Positions 8,931 through 18,545 are shown, counted from the first letter of the stretch. The stretch is 64,000 nt of DNA from Candidatus Nanoarchaeia archaeon (GCA_028279685.1 JANQNG010000059.1:26945-90944); one strand, 5' to 3'. The notes: generated from the letters alone by a model not told the origin. Program-made: numbers and translations.

Positions 8931-9839
8931 ATGGCAGAGCCTATTCATCTTCAGGACTTTAAGGCGGACTTTGTGCCTAGTATCAAAAGGCTTGAACTCT
9001 TCGCAAAACAATCTATACTCTCTAAGGATCTCGTAGGGAATTGGGTATCTCTCTTCAAGGGGAAAGGGATGGAATTTGCAGGATATAGGCCCTATGTTCC
9101 TACTGATGATGCAAGCAGAATCGACTGGAAAGCAACACTTCGTGCTAGAAGAACGCTTGTTCGGGAGAAGGAGGAAGAGCGAACATTAAAAGTGATGTTC
9201 TTTGTCGATGCAAGCAACAGCATGCTCTTTACCTCTACAGATAAGATCAAAGTAGAGTATGTGGCTGAAATGATAGCTGCAATGAGTTTTGCTATGGTTA
9301 GAACAGGGGATTCTGTTGGACTGGCTATGTTCACCAACAGACTTGTTAATTATTTGCCCGCTCAGACGGGGCAAGAACAGTTCAGAATCATGATCAAAGA
9401 ACTCTCTGACCCTAAGAACTATGGAGGAATGTATAATATCGATCAGGCATTCAATGTACTTCTTTCATCGCTCGATGATAAAGCACTAATTATTATCGTC
9501 TCAGATTTTCTCGGGTTGAAAGGAGAATGGGAGAAACATCTCAAAATTGCATCAGCGTCGAATGAAGTTCTAGGCATTATGATAAGAGATCCAAGAGATA
9601 GACAAATGCCGAAAGGTACGGGTCAATATGTTCTCGAAGATCCATACTCAGGAGAGAAAGCCATTGTAGATGCTAATCAATACAGAGATTTTTTTGAGAG
9701 AGCAGTTACTGCTCAAGAAGAGGAGATTGCAACGCAGTTCAAGAGAACGCGATCGGATTTTTTAAGTATACAGACTAATGAAAGCTTCGTTGATCCCATA
9801 GTAAGATTTTTTAAGAGAAGAAGCTTTACAGGAGGTTAA
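8931..9839 (+). CDS. DUF58 (vWA-like) protein
   Basis: GKGMEFAGYRPY..DDASRIDWKA, VDASNSM, IIVSDF. Confidence 0.92.
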   Translation: MAEPIHLQDFKADFVPSIKRLELFAKQSILSKDLVGNWVSLFKGKGMEFAGYRPYVPTDDASRIDWKATLRARRTLVREKEEERTLKVMFFVDASNSMLFTSTDKIKVEYVAEMIAAMSFAMVRTGDSVGLAMFTNRLVNYLPAQTGQEQFRIMIKELSDPKNYGGMYNIDQAFNVLLSSLDDKALIIIVSDFLGLKGEWEKHLKIASASNEVLGIMIRDPRDRQMPKGTGQYVLEDPYSGEKAIVDANQYRDFFERAVTAQEEEIATQFKRTRSDFLSIQTNESFVDPIVRFFKRRSFTGG

Positions 9840-9840
9840 G

Positions 9841-10803
9841 ATGGTTTTTGAATTAACATTTGAACATCCTGAATATTTGTGGTTGTTATTGTCATTGCCG
9901 CTCGTGGCAGTCTCCCATTTCTTTATGATACAGCATACAAAAAAAAAGGGATTGAAATTTGCAAACTTTGATGCGCTGCGACGAGTTCATGGGTCTGGTG
10001 TGTTAACGAGAAATCTCATTCCGCTGATGATGCGACTGCTCATTCTGTTCTTTCTCATCGTTGCTGTCTGCGGAACTATTTTTTGGTATTCAGGGCAAAG
10101 GCTAGATAATGATGTAGTCATAGCGATTGATACTTCAGCCTCAATGACTACAGAAGATATAGAACCCTCGAGATTTGAAGCATCAAAGAAAGCTGCAGTA
10201 GGATTTGTGCAGAATCTCTCAGGAAAATCCAAGATAGGTGTTGTTGTCTTTTCAGGCATTGCTAAGGTAGTATTACCTCCCTCTGCTTCTAAGACAAGAG
10301 TGCAACAGGCTATTGAATCAATAGAGATTGAATTTGCAGGAGGAACAGATATTGCAGGTGCATTAATTGCATCAACGAATCTTCTCGCTACCTCTCCGAA
10401 AGGCAAGGCGATTGTTCTCTTCACTGATGGCTCTTCAACAGTAGGCGTCTCTGAGAAAGATACGCTTCAAAGAGGGGTAGATTACGCTGTTGCTAATCAT
10501 GTAGTAGTCCATCCTATTGGTCTCGGAAGTGAAGAAGGAACACTAGGTTATATTCCTGCATTGCATAATGTCAGCGCAGCTTATGATAAGGAGAGTATGG
10601 AATTTATTGCCGAGCAAACAGAAGGCAAGCATTATCTTGCAGATAATACAGATAAACTCAATGTTATTTTCGAGGAATTGAATGAAGAGGTACAGGAAGC
10701 GCTTATACCCTTTCCTCTGACTTTCTTTTCGTTGCTCATAGCATTATTGCTGCTGTTTATAGAATGGGGATTGATTAATACGCGATTTAGGGTTATTCCT
10801 TGA
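9841..10803 (+). CDS. BatA-like membrane vWA-domain protein
   Basis: F.HP..LWLL N-terminus, MIDAS DTSAS, GGT, TDG; terminal TM helices. Confidence 0.9.
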   Translation: MVFELTFEHPEYLWLLLSLPLVAVSHFFMIQHTKKKGLKFANFDALRRVHGSGVLTRNLIPLMMRLLILFFLIVAVCGTIFWYSGQRLDNDVVIAIDTSASMTTEDIEPSRFEASKKAAVGFVQNLSGKSKIGVVVFSGIAKVVLPPSASKTRVQQAIESIEIEFAGGTDIAGALIASTNLLATSPKGKAIVLFTDGSSTVGVSEKDTLQRGVDYAVANHVVVHPIGLGSEEGTLGYIPALHNVSAAYDKESMEFIAEQTEGKHYLADNTDKLNVIFEELNEEVQEALIPFPLTFFSLLIALLLLFIEWGLINTRFRVIP

Positions 10804-11203
10804 AAGGATCATATCCTTGTTTGAGAAGATTTTGTATGGGTATAAAAAGGGGACTGGGAAGATTATTCCATGAGAACCATTCCCATCTTTCACACTTATC
10901 AGGTTCTAGAACTTCTGGTTCTCCAGAGTCAAGTTCTGCGAGAATATACAGTGTAATGTAATGTTTATTTTCTTTTTTGAAGACATCATTCGTATAAGGG
11001 CCTGTTTTCATATTTTTAATATTTATTCCTACTTCTTCCATTACCTCTCTTTCAGCACAATCTTTAGGATCTTCATTAAACTCAAGATGTCCTCCGGGAA
11101 AACTCCAAGAACCATCACCATGAGCATTTTTTCTCTTGCCCAATAATATCTTTCCGTCTCTCTTAATGATGACTCCAACTCCAACATTTGGTAATTTCCT
11201 CAT
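10793..11203 (-). CDS. NUDIX hydrolase (NUDT15/MutT-like)
   Basis: PGGHLEFNE...AEREVMEEVG Nudix box; EPDKCERWEWF. Confidence 0.92.
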   Translation of the reverse strand: MRKLPNVGVGVIIKRDGKILLGKRKNAHGDGSWSFPGGHLEFNEDPKDCAEREVMEEVGINIKNMKTGPYTNDVFKKENKHYITLYILAELDSGEPEVLEPDKCERWEWFSWNNLPSPLFIPIQNLLKQGYDPFKE

Positions 11204-11273
11204 GACAGGTAAGATTAGAGGTCTTATTTATAGTTACCGTAAACTTCTTAAATATGTTCTGGGAGAATATCCT

Positions 11274-11681
11274 ATGGATCAGATTGTGCTGAAAGTCATT
11301 ATTTTCACATTAGCTACATGGCTCTTATCAGAAGTGCTGAAACCGGTTTTTCAGAAGGATATTAGAGCTCTTTTCATGAATGGTAAAATGCCTTCATCTC
11401 ATACTGCAGTAACGGTGGCTCTTTTTGTTTGTTTGCTTATCTATGATGGCATAACACTGCTATCGTTCTTTGCATTCATTATGATGATGATTATTGTCAG
11501 AGATGCTTTCAGCGTGAGGAAGGCAGTAGGCACTAATTCAGAATATATTAATACGTTACTCAAGAAAGTAGGTATAAAGAAAAAAGTTCGAGTGGTGCAT
11601 GGACATACCTTCAATGAAGTCGTTGTGGGAGGTATTATAGGGGTTATTATTCCTGTTTTATTGTGGCTTCTTTTTGGGTAG
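11274..11681 (+). CDS. Divergent PAP2 (DUF212) membrane protein
   Basis: GKMPSSHT, DAFSVR, GHTFNEV. Confidence 0.85.
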   Translation: MDQIVLKVIIFTLATWLLSEVLKPVFQKDIRALFMNGKMPSSHTAVTVALFVCLLIYDGITLLSFFAFIMMMIIVRDAFSVRKAVGTNSEYINTLLKKVGIKKKVRVVHGHTFNEVVVGGIIGVIIPVLLWLLFG

Positions 11682-11707
11682 AGATATGACCAAGATTGAA
11701 AAGAATG

Positions 11708-12121
11708 TTATTTTATCTTTGTCAGATCTTGATTGATAATAATTGGCTTTACCGCTTTAATTTCTGTTTTACAATAAGGCATATCAGGAATAGGGTTCCA
11801 GAGAAAGACCTTCTGATTCAACACATGAGCAAACCCTATCTCCATCAGAGTATTGCCTCCGATATAATTTTTGATGTTATGTCTATCAAGGTTCAACACG
11901 AGCACAGCATCAATATGTTGCATTTGCTTCCAAAAATCTCGAATAGCATCTGATTTGTATTTTTTTTGAAGCTTAATTTTTTCTATCTCATCATCAGATT
12001 TGCCAATGAACTCATCAGCAAAAGAAGAAAGAAAGGGGATATGCCCCATTGCTTTGAGTTTGTCCCTTACTTCAAGCATTTTCTCTGTATGGTGCATAGA
12101 GCTGATTATACCTATTTTCAT
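11708..12121 (-). CDS. Nucleoside 2-deoxyribosyltransferase-like protein
   Basis: DAVLVLN...YIGGNTLMEIGFAH. Confidence 0.6.
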   Translation of the reverse strand: MKIGIISSMHHTEKMLEVRDKLKAMGHIPFLSSFADEFIGKSDDEIEKIKLQKKYKSDAIRDFWKQMQHIDAVLVLNLDRHNIKNYIGGNTLMEIGFAHVLNQKVFLWNPIPDMPYCKTEIKAVKPIIINQDLTKIK

Positions 12122-12232
12122 ATTTTTAGAGGTGCATATTCTCTTTTAAACCTTTCTTTAGTCTATAAGCATATCATAACTTTTAAAAACCAAGTTCTCG
12201 TTCTCTTTTTTATGTTCATACCTTCAGTATAT

Positions 12233-12377
12233 GCCCTCGTATCAAAGTCTTCGACTTTGGACGGATGCTCATTGGCATTCGCCTCCGTATCAAAGTCATG
12301 CGACTTTGGACGGATGCTCATTGGCATTCGCCTCCGCAATCAAAATCAGAGATTTTGGGCGGAAGCTCACTACGCTC
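12233..12377 (+). repeat. Three tandem 48-49 nt acceptor-stem minihelix units in the tRNA-Thr(TGT) leader
   Basis: Units at 12233, 12281, 12330: GCCTCCG-like 5' strand, hairpin, CGGA(T/A)GCT, linker. Confidence 0.9.
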
Positions 12378-12466
12378 GCCTCCGTAGCATAGCGGCTATT
12401 GCGGCAGACTTGTAAACAATTGTTCATGAGATCTGCAGGTCGGGGGTTCAAGTCCCCCCGGAGGCT
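12378..12466 (+). tRNA. tRNA-Thr(TGT) with canonical 37/38 intron (12415-12430, 16 nt)
   Basis: Acceptor GCCTCCG/CGGAGGC, anticodon arm GCAGA-CTTGTA^A-TCTGC, T arm GGGGG-TTCAAGT-CCCCC. Confidence 0.93.
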
Positions 12467-12571
12467 TCTTAAATTATTTGGGCTACTCAACTTTATGTTG
12501 AGTAGACCTGAGGTTGATAAGGAGATGTAGCGTAGCGAAGTTTCCTTATGTGGTAGTCCCCCTGGAGGCTT
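12451..12571 (+). repeat. Direct repeat of tRNA-Thr 3' end enclosing a two-hairpin cassette
   Basis: AGTCCCCCCGGAGGCTT (12451-12467) vs AGTCCCCCTGGAGGCTT (12555-12571). Confidence 0.75.
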
Positions 12572-12752
12572 TTTTGTTCTTTATTTTTTTTGAATGTTTG
12601 TTAAAAAACGAGTAGTTTACTTTTATGTATACCATTCATTATTAAGTGAACAAAAATAGTATACAAATTGCTAAACTATTATATCCTCCTCGAGAAAATG
12701 AAACGAAAGGTATATAAATACAGCTTCAGTTTGCTCTTTTGGGTGATAATGT

Positions 12753-13334
12753 TTGGGATGGAAGAAACTTTTGCATTCGCGTGAAACTCTCTCATTTGAG
12801 AAAGTTAAGGATGATGTGAAGGTTATTCTTGAAGCACGTCGCGTTGATGAAGGTTGGCAAGTCGTCAAGAAATATCTTTCTGAAGGCATTAATTTTGCAG
12901 AGCAATACTACGTCGAATCTGCTGATGAACTCAAAAGAGTATTACTGTATTTGAAGAATGAGAAGGATCTCTCATTACAGGAGATTAACAACATCAATAA
13001 ATTCAAAGAGAAAAATATCAAGCTTGATGTTCGCAGAGGTTACAAAGAGAATAATGTAGAGAAGTGGTATTTCTCATTAGGAGACCAATCAAGCAACTTT
13101 TTTGTGATTCGATACAATGATGTTGTTGAGATAGATATTGTGATGAATGAGAAATATAAGTATATTGAAGAGAAATTGATAATCAAGCTGATGAATTTTC
13201 TCGGATTAGATGATTCTGATGCCCATATTAATCAGAATATTTTTTACTATACTAAGAAATCTAATTATTATCTAGAGAATGATTATGACAGTGTTATGCA
13301 GGATGTTAATCTGAGCTATGAAGAGGAAGAATAA
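12753..13334 (+). CDS. Hypothetical protein
   Basis: 193-aa ORF with upstream TATA and GGTGA RBS. Confidence 0.65.
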   Translation: MGWKKLLHSRETLSFEKVKDDVKVILEARRVDEGWQVVKKYLSEGINFAEQYYVESADELKRVLLYLKNEKDLSLQEINNINKFKEKNIKLDVRRGYKENNVEKWYFSLGDQSSNFFVIRYNDVVEIDIVMNEKYKYIEEKLIIKLMNFLGLDDSDAHINQNIFYYTKKSNYYLENDYDSVMQDVNLSYEEEE

Positions 13335-13345
13335 AGCTCATCATG

Positions 13346-13446
13346 GCGCATTACTGCCCAGCGCAGTGTTCTATTTCTTATGCTATTATGCGTGAAAATA
13401 GATATCGAACATCGTATAGATGTAGAAACGGAGCGCAGTAATGCGT
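13346..13446. repeat. Palindromic cGNAg element A
   Basis: GCGCATTACTGC-CCA-GCGCAGT-N61-CGGAGC-GCAGTAATGCGT. Confidence 0.8.
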
Positions 13447-13499
13447 AACTGTATCGGTTCTTGATAATAAATGAAAAAGAAAGAGAAAAAAGTAAAACT

Positions 13500-14138
13500 T
13501 TAACTTACGGCCATAAAGAGTTCGCCTGTAATTCTCTTATCTACAGAGAATCCTTGGACACGGTAAGGAATGTTCAATCTCATTTTTATCTTCTTACCAA
13601 TATCGGAAGCAGTGATTCCTAATGTTGCTGCAGCATCATTGTTTGGATTATTATCTCCTCCTGATTCTGTTTTACAATGGATGTAGATAACATTAGATGT
13701 TTTTGGAGTTATGCTCACAGTAAGGTTTGCAGTGGATGGATCAGCATCATCATCCATGAAGCAGTATGTTGAGCCTGCGCTGCTTGGATTACCTGTGGCA
13801 TCAGTAAATGCAGGATCATCGAAATCAACTTTTACTAATGAAGAAGTTGAGACAGTATCCAAGGCTGTATCATCACCTGTAACGAAGTTTATTTGTTTAT
13901 CTGATGCAAGTAGATTAGTTAGTGTTAATGTGAAGACTTGATCTCCAGCAGCATCATATCGGACAAGTGATGCGTCTTTCTCACATGGAAGCTCTGCACC
14001 AAATCCGCAGCTTTCTGATATGTATCTGCTTGGGTCTAACACACCAAAGTATGCTAATGCGCCGATCATGACTAGGATAACTAAGAATGCCCAGCCATAG
14101 GTTGCTAAGAATTCTAAAGCAGCTTGACCTTTTTTCAT
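13500..14138 (-). CDS. Class III signal peptide (type IV pilin-like) protein
   Basis: MKKG/QAALEFLATYGWAFLVILVMIGALAYFGV. Confidence 0.88.
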   Translation of the reverse strand: MKKGQAALEFLATYGWAFLVILVMIGALAYFGVLDPSRYISESCGFGAELPCEKDASLVRYDAAGDQVFTLTLTNLLASDKQINFVTGDDTALDTVSTSSLVKVDFDDPAFTDATGNPSSAGSTYCFMDDDADPSTANLTVSITPKTSNVIYIHCKTESGGDNNPNNDAAATLGITASDIGKKIKMRLNIPYRVQGFSVDKRITGELFMAVS

Positions 14139-14315
14139 ATTGTTTCACCTCACCAAATATGTATGGTTATAACTTGTTATGGCAATATCGGAATTGAGGG
14201 TTTATAAATCTTTCTCTTTACAGCGCTTCTAGACATCATAAAGAGAGAACATAGGATGCTGTTTTATTGAAGCTCTAACGTAAATATTTAAAAATAGCTT
14301 ATTTTTCTGATAACC

Positions 14316-14468
14316 ATGGCAGCAAATACATCCATGGTTGGAGATTTGGAGACCTATGAGACTGATTGGAAGAAGGATAGAGCAAAGCATATGTTAAAGA
14401 AAATTCTTTCTTTCAAAGACAGAATACTGCGATTATTTAGAAAGAAAAACACCAAATTAAAATGGTAA
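14316..14468 (+). CDS. Small 50-aa protein coupled to alaX
   Basis: MAANTSMVGDLETYETDWKK...KLKW*; stop overlaps the next ATG (TAATG); TATA upstream. Confidence 0.5.
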   Translation: MAANTSMVGDLETYETDWKKDRAKHMLKKILSFKDRILRLFRKKNTKLKW

Positions 14469-15181
14469 TGCCGAAATACATTGAGGATGCATATTTGAAA
14501 GAATTCGTTACAAAAGTAATTTCTGTCAAAGAGGGCAAATTTGTAGTGTTGGAAGATACTATATTCTATCCAAATAGTGGAGGACAGGTTAATGATGAGG
14601 GTAAACTTATTGCTGCTGATGGTGAAGTCAATGTTATTTTTGTGGGAAAGTTTGGAGGTAGCATTAGTCATCAAGTTGAACCTGAGAATGTTTTGAAGGA
14701 AGGAGATGAAGTTACTTGTGTTCTTGATTGGGATCGCAGATACAAATTAATGAGATCCCACACCGCTGCTCATTTGATAAGTTATTTCATAGAAGAAGAA
14801 ATTGGAGCAAAGATAACTGGCAATCAACTAGGATTGGATAAGTGTCGAATAGATTTTTCTTTGGAGAATTTTGATAAAGAACTTTTGATGAGTTTTGAAT
14901 CAAAAGTTAATGCGCTTATCAAAAAAGGCGGTGAAGTTGAGTCAAAAGTTGTTAATAGAGAAGAAGCTGCAGAAATTTCTACGAAATTATCTGCGTTAGC
15001 TAAAGGATTACCTCCTGAAATAAAGGAAGTCAGATTAGTTGGTGTTAAAGGATTGGTCTTAGAAGCATGCGGTGGAACGCATGTTAAAGATATTAAAGAA
15101 ATTAGCAAGGTCAAATTCATTAAATTCAAGAACGCAGGAGCGAATAATAGAAGAATTTACTTTGAGATTCTTGACGAATAA
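14462..15181 (+). CDS. alaXM: Alanyl-tRNA editing protein AlaX-M
   Basis: TIFYPNSGGQ, HTAAH and CGGTH zinc motifs, GANNRRIY. Confidence 0.92.
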   Translation: MVMPKYIEDAYLKEFVTKVISVKEGKFVVLEDTIFYPNSGGQVNDEGKLIAADGEVNVIFVGKFGGSISHQVEPENVLKEGDEVTCVLDWDRRYKLMRSHTAAHLISYFIEEEIGAKITGNQLGLDKCRIDFSLENFDKELLMSFESKVNALIKKGGEVESKVVNREEAAEISTKLSALAKGLPPEIKEVRLVGVKGLVLEACGGTHVKDIKEISKVKFIKFKNAGANNRRIYFEILDE

Positions 15182-15219
15182 TTTTAAAAAGGCTTTTAGG
15201 ATTCTTTTCACTAACGGAT

Positions 15220-15313
15220 GCCTCCGCAATCAAAATCAGAGATTTTGGGCGGAGGCTCGTTCACTTGCCTCCGTATCAAAGTCTTCGACTTTGGACGGAT
15301 GCTCATTTCATTC
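15220..15313 (+). repeat. Two tandem 47-nt acceptor-stem minihelix units in the tRNA-Thr(GGT) leader
   Basis: Same two unit types as at 12233-12377, in different order. Confidence 0.9.
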
Positions 15314-15431
15314 GCCTCCGTAGCTCAGTGGTTAGACCAAAGCTTGCTAAAGAGCGCTTAGAATTGACTTTGTCTTTTCTCGCTTGACCTTGGTAAGGTA
15401 GAGGTCGCGAGTTCAACTCTCGCCGGGGGCT
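15314..15431 (+). tRNA. tRNA-Thr(GGT) with two introns (15333-15350 D-loop; 15359-15386 anticodon stem)
   Basis: Acceptor GCCTCCG/CGGGGGC; spliced anticodon arm CT^ACC-TTGGTAA-GGTAG; BHB helices AGTG/TGCT and AGCG/CGCT; 72 nt mature. Confidence 0.92.
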
Positions 15432-15497
15432 TCTCTTTATAAAAAGATGATATTTTAGGAGAAAGATTAATATAGTTGATGTTGATCTCAGCATTGT

Positions 15498-15980
15498 ATG
15501 GGATGTAATTGTAACGTAGATTTTGAAAAGCTCTCCAGAGATGTTGTACCTTCTTTTGCAATTCACTTTGACTATAAAGATGGTGAAGAATTTCCTTATA
15601 CGGCCTCATACAGTGGAGATATAATGCCGTATATGAAACTTCCAGATCGAGAAGGAGAAATTAGAAATGTTGGGGGTGTAGGACTTGATTTCCTTCTTGG
15701 CAATGTTATGAGCAATATTAGTCAAATGTTTGGATATACAAAACTGAGTTCCAAGGAGGCAATAACATTTTCTAATAAACTGGAATTGACTTTTTCGGAG
15801 AAGATTGACAAAGGTTCTAGAGTAATTGCTAAGAAAACTTTGAAAACGTATATTCGTGAGTATCAAGGAAGGAACTTTAGCAGACTAGGCGAAAATGGAG
15901 AGAAAATTACATCAATGCCTGAAATGCTCTGTGTAAGGAGAGTTTTTTATCCTCTCAAGGAGAAATATAGTGTTCTTTAA
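15498..15980 (+). CDS. Hypothetical protein
   Basis: 160-aa ORF, no motif recognised. Confidence 0.55.
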   Translation: MGCNCNVDFEKLSRDVVPSFAIHFDYKDGEEFPYTASYSGDIMPYMKLPDREGEIRNVGGVGLDFLLGNVMSNISQMFGYTKLSSKEAITFSNKLELTFSEKIDKGSRVIAKKTLKTYIREYQGRNFSRLGENGEKITSMPEMLCVRRVFYPLKEKYSVL

Positions 15981-16956
15981 ACGGGAAGAAATTCAGTTTA
16001 TGTTCTTTTAATATGAGCAAAGAATCGTAGTTTATTATATTTTCAGTAAATTTATTCCTTAATTTGAGCATAAAGCTATGGAATTCGTAGACATTATTAA
16101 CTTCTATATCTAGTTCATAATTCCAAGAACCCATCATCCTTACAACATCCATAACGCATTCAGTTGATTTAGCATATTCGTTAAATGCTTGTTCTTCTTT
16201 TTCTGAGAAAAACCGCGTGTTTAGCAGTATTTTGTAGTAGGTTATTCCAATAAGTTCTTTGTTTAGGATTATTGTAGATCCTTCAATTATGTTTTGTTCT
16301 ATTAGTCTTTTCATTCTGGTGGTAATTTTATCCACACTACATCCTATTTCCCTTGCTATTTCTGTAATTGGTTTTCTTGCGTCTGCACATAATGAAGTTA
16401 AAATCTTTACTTCGTATTCATCAAGATTATATTTTTCTGGTTCAGCACCCCAGTAAGGACTCGCTGTTCCATCTCTTTTTGTATCTGTGAGATATGATTT
16501 TTTCAAATGAGATACATCGATGTAGTTTAGAGGAGTTATTTCTCTAATATATTTGCTGTAATTTCTATTTATTTCATTTAACAATTGATATGCATGAACA
16601 TTATTTCTTGAAACAGGTGCTATAACGATATCATAAGTTCCTTCGCATGTAGCAACCCAAACAATAAATGGATGATTTACGAAGTCTTGAACTATATTTT
16701 GTAGTTTTTCAGCAGTTACATTTTGAAGTTTGATGTAAAATTTGTATGCGACATATCCTAATTTTGGTCCATTAACGAATAATAGTGTTTGTTCTATTAT
16801 TTTACGTTCAATAAGCTTATCTATTCTGTATTTTACGGCCTGCTTTGTGAGGTTAACTTTCTTAGCAATCATTGAAAGGCTAGCTCTTGCATCAAGATCT
16901 AATTCATAGAGTATTTTTCTATCCTTTGAAGTTAGTTTAACAATGTTCTTGGCCAT
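15955..16956 (-). CDS. Double-domain Lrp/AsnC transcriptional regulator
   Basis: Two HTH-RAM units (DRKILYELDLDAR..; KILTSLCADARKP..; GTYD / GSWNYE). Confidence 0.9.
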   Translation of the reverse strand: MAKNIVKLTSKDRKILYELDLDARASLSMIAKKVNLTKQAVKYRIDKLIERKIIEQTLLFVNGPKLGYVAYKFYIKLQNVTAEKLQNIVQDFVNHPFIVWVATCEGTYDIVIAPVSRNNVHAYQLLNEINRNYSKYIREITPLNYIDVSHLKKSYLTDTKRDGTASPYWGAEPEKYNLDEYEVKILTSLCADARKPITEIAREIGCSVDKITTRMKRLIEQNIIEGSTIILNKELIGITYYKILLNTRFFSEKEEQAFNEYAKSTECVMDVVRMMGSWNYELDIEVNNVYEFHSFMLKLRNKFTENIINYDSLLILKEHKLNFFPFKEHYISP

Positions 16957-17064
16957 AATATTTACAAAATATTGTTTTTTTTATAAATTTTCCGTTTTTG
17001 TAAAAATTTTTAATGAAAAGTTTAATAAATGCCAAATTACTATCAAGTAGTTACAAATAGGTGA

Positions 17065-17778
17065 ATGAGAATGAGAGTAATAAAACCAGAATTTCCAGTA
17101 AAAGAACTAATTCAAGATAATCAGGGAACTTATGCTATTTTCGGTCCAAAAAGGTACAGAAAGAATTTAGAAGAAATGAGTGAAGATTTCTCTCATCCAA
17201 TAACAGGGGAAAAAATATCATTCAGACCAGCTACAACTTCTGAATCTATTAGGATTGCTTCTGATGGTTTTGGAGAAGATGGAGAATTTGATGCTAAAAA
17301 AGACATTCATGATTCAAGGTGGAATCAAACAGGTTATATTGTAAGAACTCCAGAAGGAGTATTCACAAATACACAAGAATTAGATGAAAAAACATTAATG
17401 AATATGTTAAATAAAGCAGAAAAAGTTAATGGAATTTATTTAATTAATGATACTATAGCTTTTGCACCTTATGAATCCTTTAAAATAAACATTCATGACG
17501 GAGAGGCAGGAGTGGAATTATTTACCCAAGGAGGACTAGCAAGAGCATTAGAACATACTAAAGAAAAAACAGCTGAAAATCTAGGAAAAATAGCATCTCA
17601 TTACAAAAGGGCTGGGGTTAATGTTTGTTTTTTTGATGATGTTAAAGAACCTGATTTAAGAGTTTTAGGTCTTGGTTCCAGCGAGAACTCTAAAGGGATG
17701 ATAGTTGGCGACAGCTGGAAGGAAAGCTTTGGGGGTTATGCTTTTGGAGTGTTAGAAAACTACGAAGAGGGTAAATGA
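17065..17778 (+). CDS. Hypothetical protein, DGR-target-like family A
   Basis: FRPATTSES, EGVF, C-terminal LRVLGLGS...GGYAFGVL; NNC-rich 3' end. Confidence 0.6.
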   Translation: MRMRVIKPEFPVKELIQDNQGTYAIFGPKRYRKNLEEMSEDFSHPITGEKISFRPATTSESIRIASDGFGEDGEFDAKKDIHDSRWNQTGYIVRTPEGVFTNTQELDEKTLMNMLNKAEKVNGIYLINDTIAFAPYESFKINIHDGEAGVELFTQGGLARALEHTKEKTAENLGKIASHYKRAGVNVCFFDDVKEPDLRVLGLGSSENSKGMIVGDSWKESFGGYAFGVLENYEEGK

Positions 17779-18545
17779 AAATGGCTGGAATACAATTAAT
17801 ATCAAAGAATATACAATCCCCATTAATATCATTCTTAGATAAAGAAGATATATTAAAAGGATATCAAGAAAAAATACAAAAATTCAATGAAAAAGCAAGA
17901 AAAACATTAGATATATTTACTTTTAATGATGGAGTAATAAAAGGTTCAAATGCTTTTGCAAATCAATTATTAACAAAGGATTTAGCTTCTCCAGCAGAAG
18001 TTCTTCAAGCTTCAGAAATAAATCCAGAATATTTCAGAGGATTTTATGTAGATTTAGGCAGTATGTTAAGAACAAATGGAGATTCATATAAAAATAATAA
18101 TCATCTTTCTAAAAATTTATTTAAAGAATTAAAGGCAAGAAACATAATCCCAACATCTGAAGAACCTGTAATGATATGGAACAAAGGATTAATGTCTATA
18201 GATAGTAAAAGTGGAGACAATCCATATGGATTAATATACAGATTAACAGATGATGATTCAATGATAATTCAAGATCATGGATTTAGTCATGAATTTAATG
18301 GAAGACAATTTCTTGAAGTTGATGAAAGATGTGTTCCGAAATACCTTACAGAAGATGAAATTCAAGAATTATCTCAGGGTAAGAAAGCCAAACTAAAAAC
18401 ATTCTATGCGAGAAAAGACGGCCTGTCTGGGTTCTTTTTGAACTGGGACGGGGACTTGATTTCCAGCAGCGGGGATCTTGCTGTCTCCTATTCCATTGGT
18501 AGGATTCATGTCGTAAAAAATTCTAAAGGGGGTAAAACAAAATGA
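17775..18545 (+). CDS. Hypothetical protein, DGR-target-like family B
   Basis: C-terminal GLSGFFLNWDGDLISSSGDLAVSYSIGRIHVV with a sharp GC/NNC-codon shift. Confidence 0.65.
   Translation: MKMAGIQLISKNIQSPLISFLDKEDILKGYQEKIQKFNEKARKTLDIFTFNDGVIKGSNAFANQLLTKDLASPAEVLQASEINPEYFRGFYVDLGSMLRTNGDSYKNNNHLSKNLFKELKARNIIPTSEEPVMIWNKGLMSIDSKSGDNPYGLIYRLTDDDSMIIQDHGFSHEFNGRQFLEVDERCVPKYLTEDEIQELSQGKKAKLKTFYARKDGLSGFFLNWDGDLISSSGDLAVSYSIGRIHVVKNSKGGKTK

Noticed and set aside
8931-10803. DUF58-vWA pair lacking an adjacent MoxR ATPase
   Set aside because: MoxR is probably encoded elsewhere; not informative from this window alone
12233-12377. CRISPR array interpretation of the ~48-nt tandem units
   Set aside because: Inner segments recur between loci and are hairpins rather than unique spacers; the repeat is tRNA acceptor sequence; no cas genes in the window
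11966-12490. ORFs 11966-12415 and 12296-12490
   Set aside because: They overlap tRNA-Thr and its leader units, so are likely spurious; the same applies to ORFs at 15072-15609 and 33893-34096
13346-13446. Classical integron attC site or simple terminator
   Set aside because: Lacks RYYYAAC/GTTRRRY ends and no integrase is visible; the 61-nt core and non-terminal positions of other copies argue against a terminator
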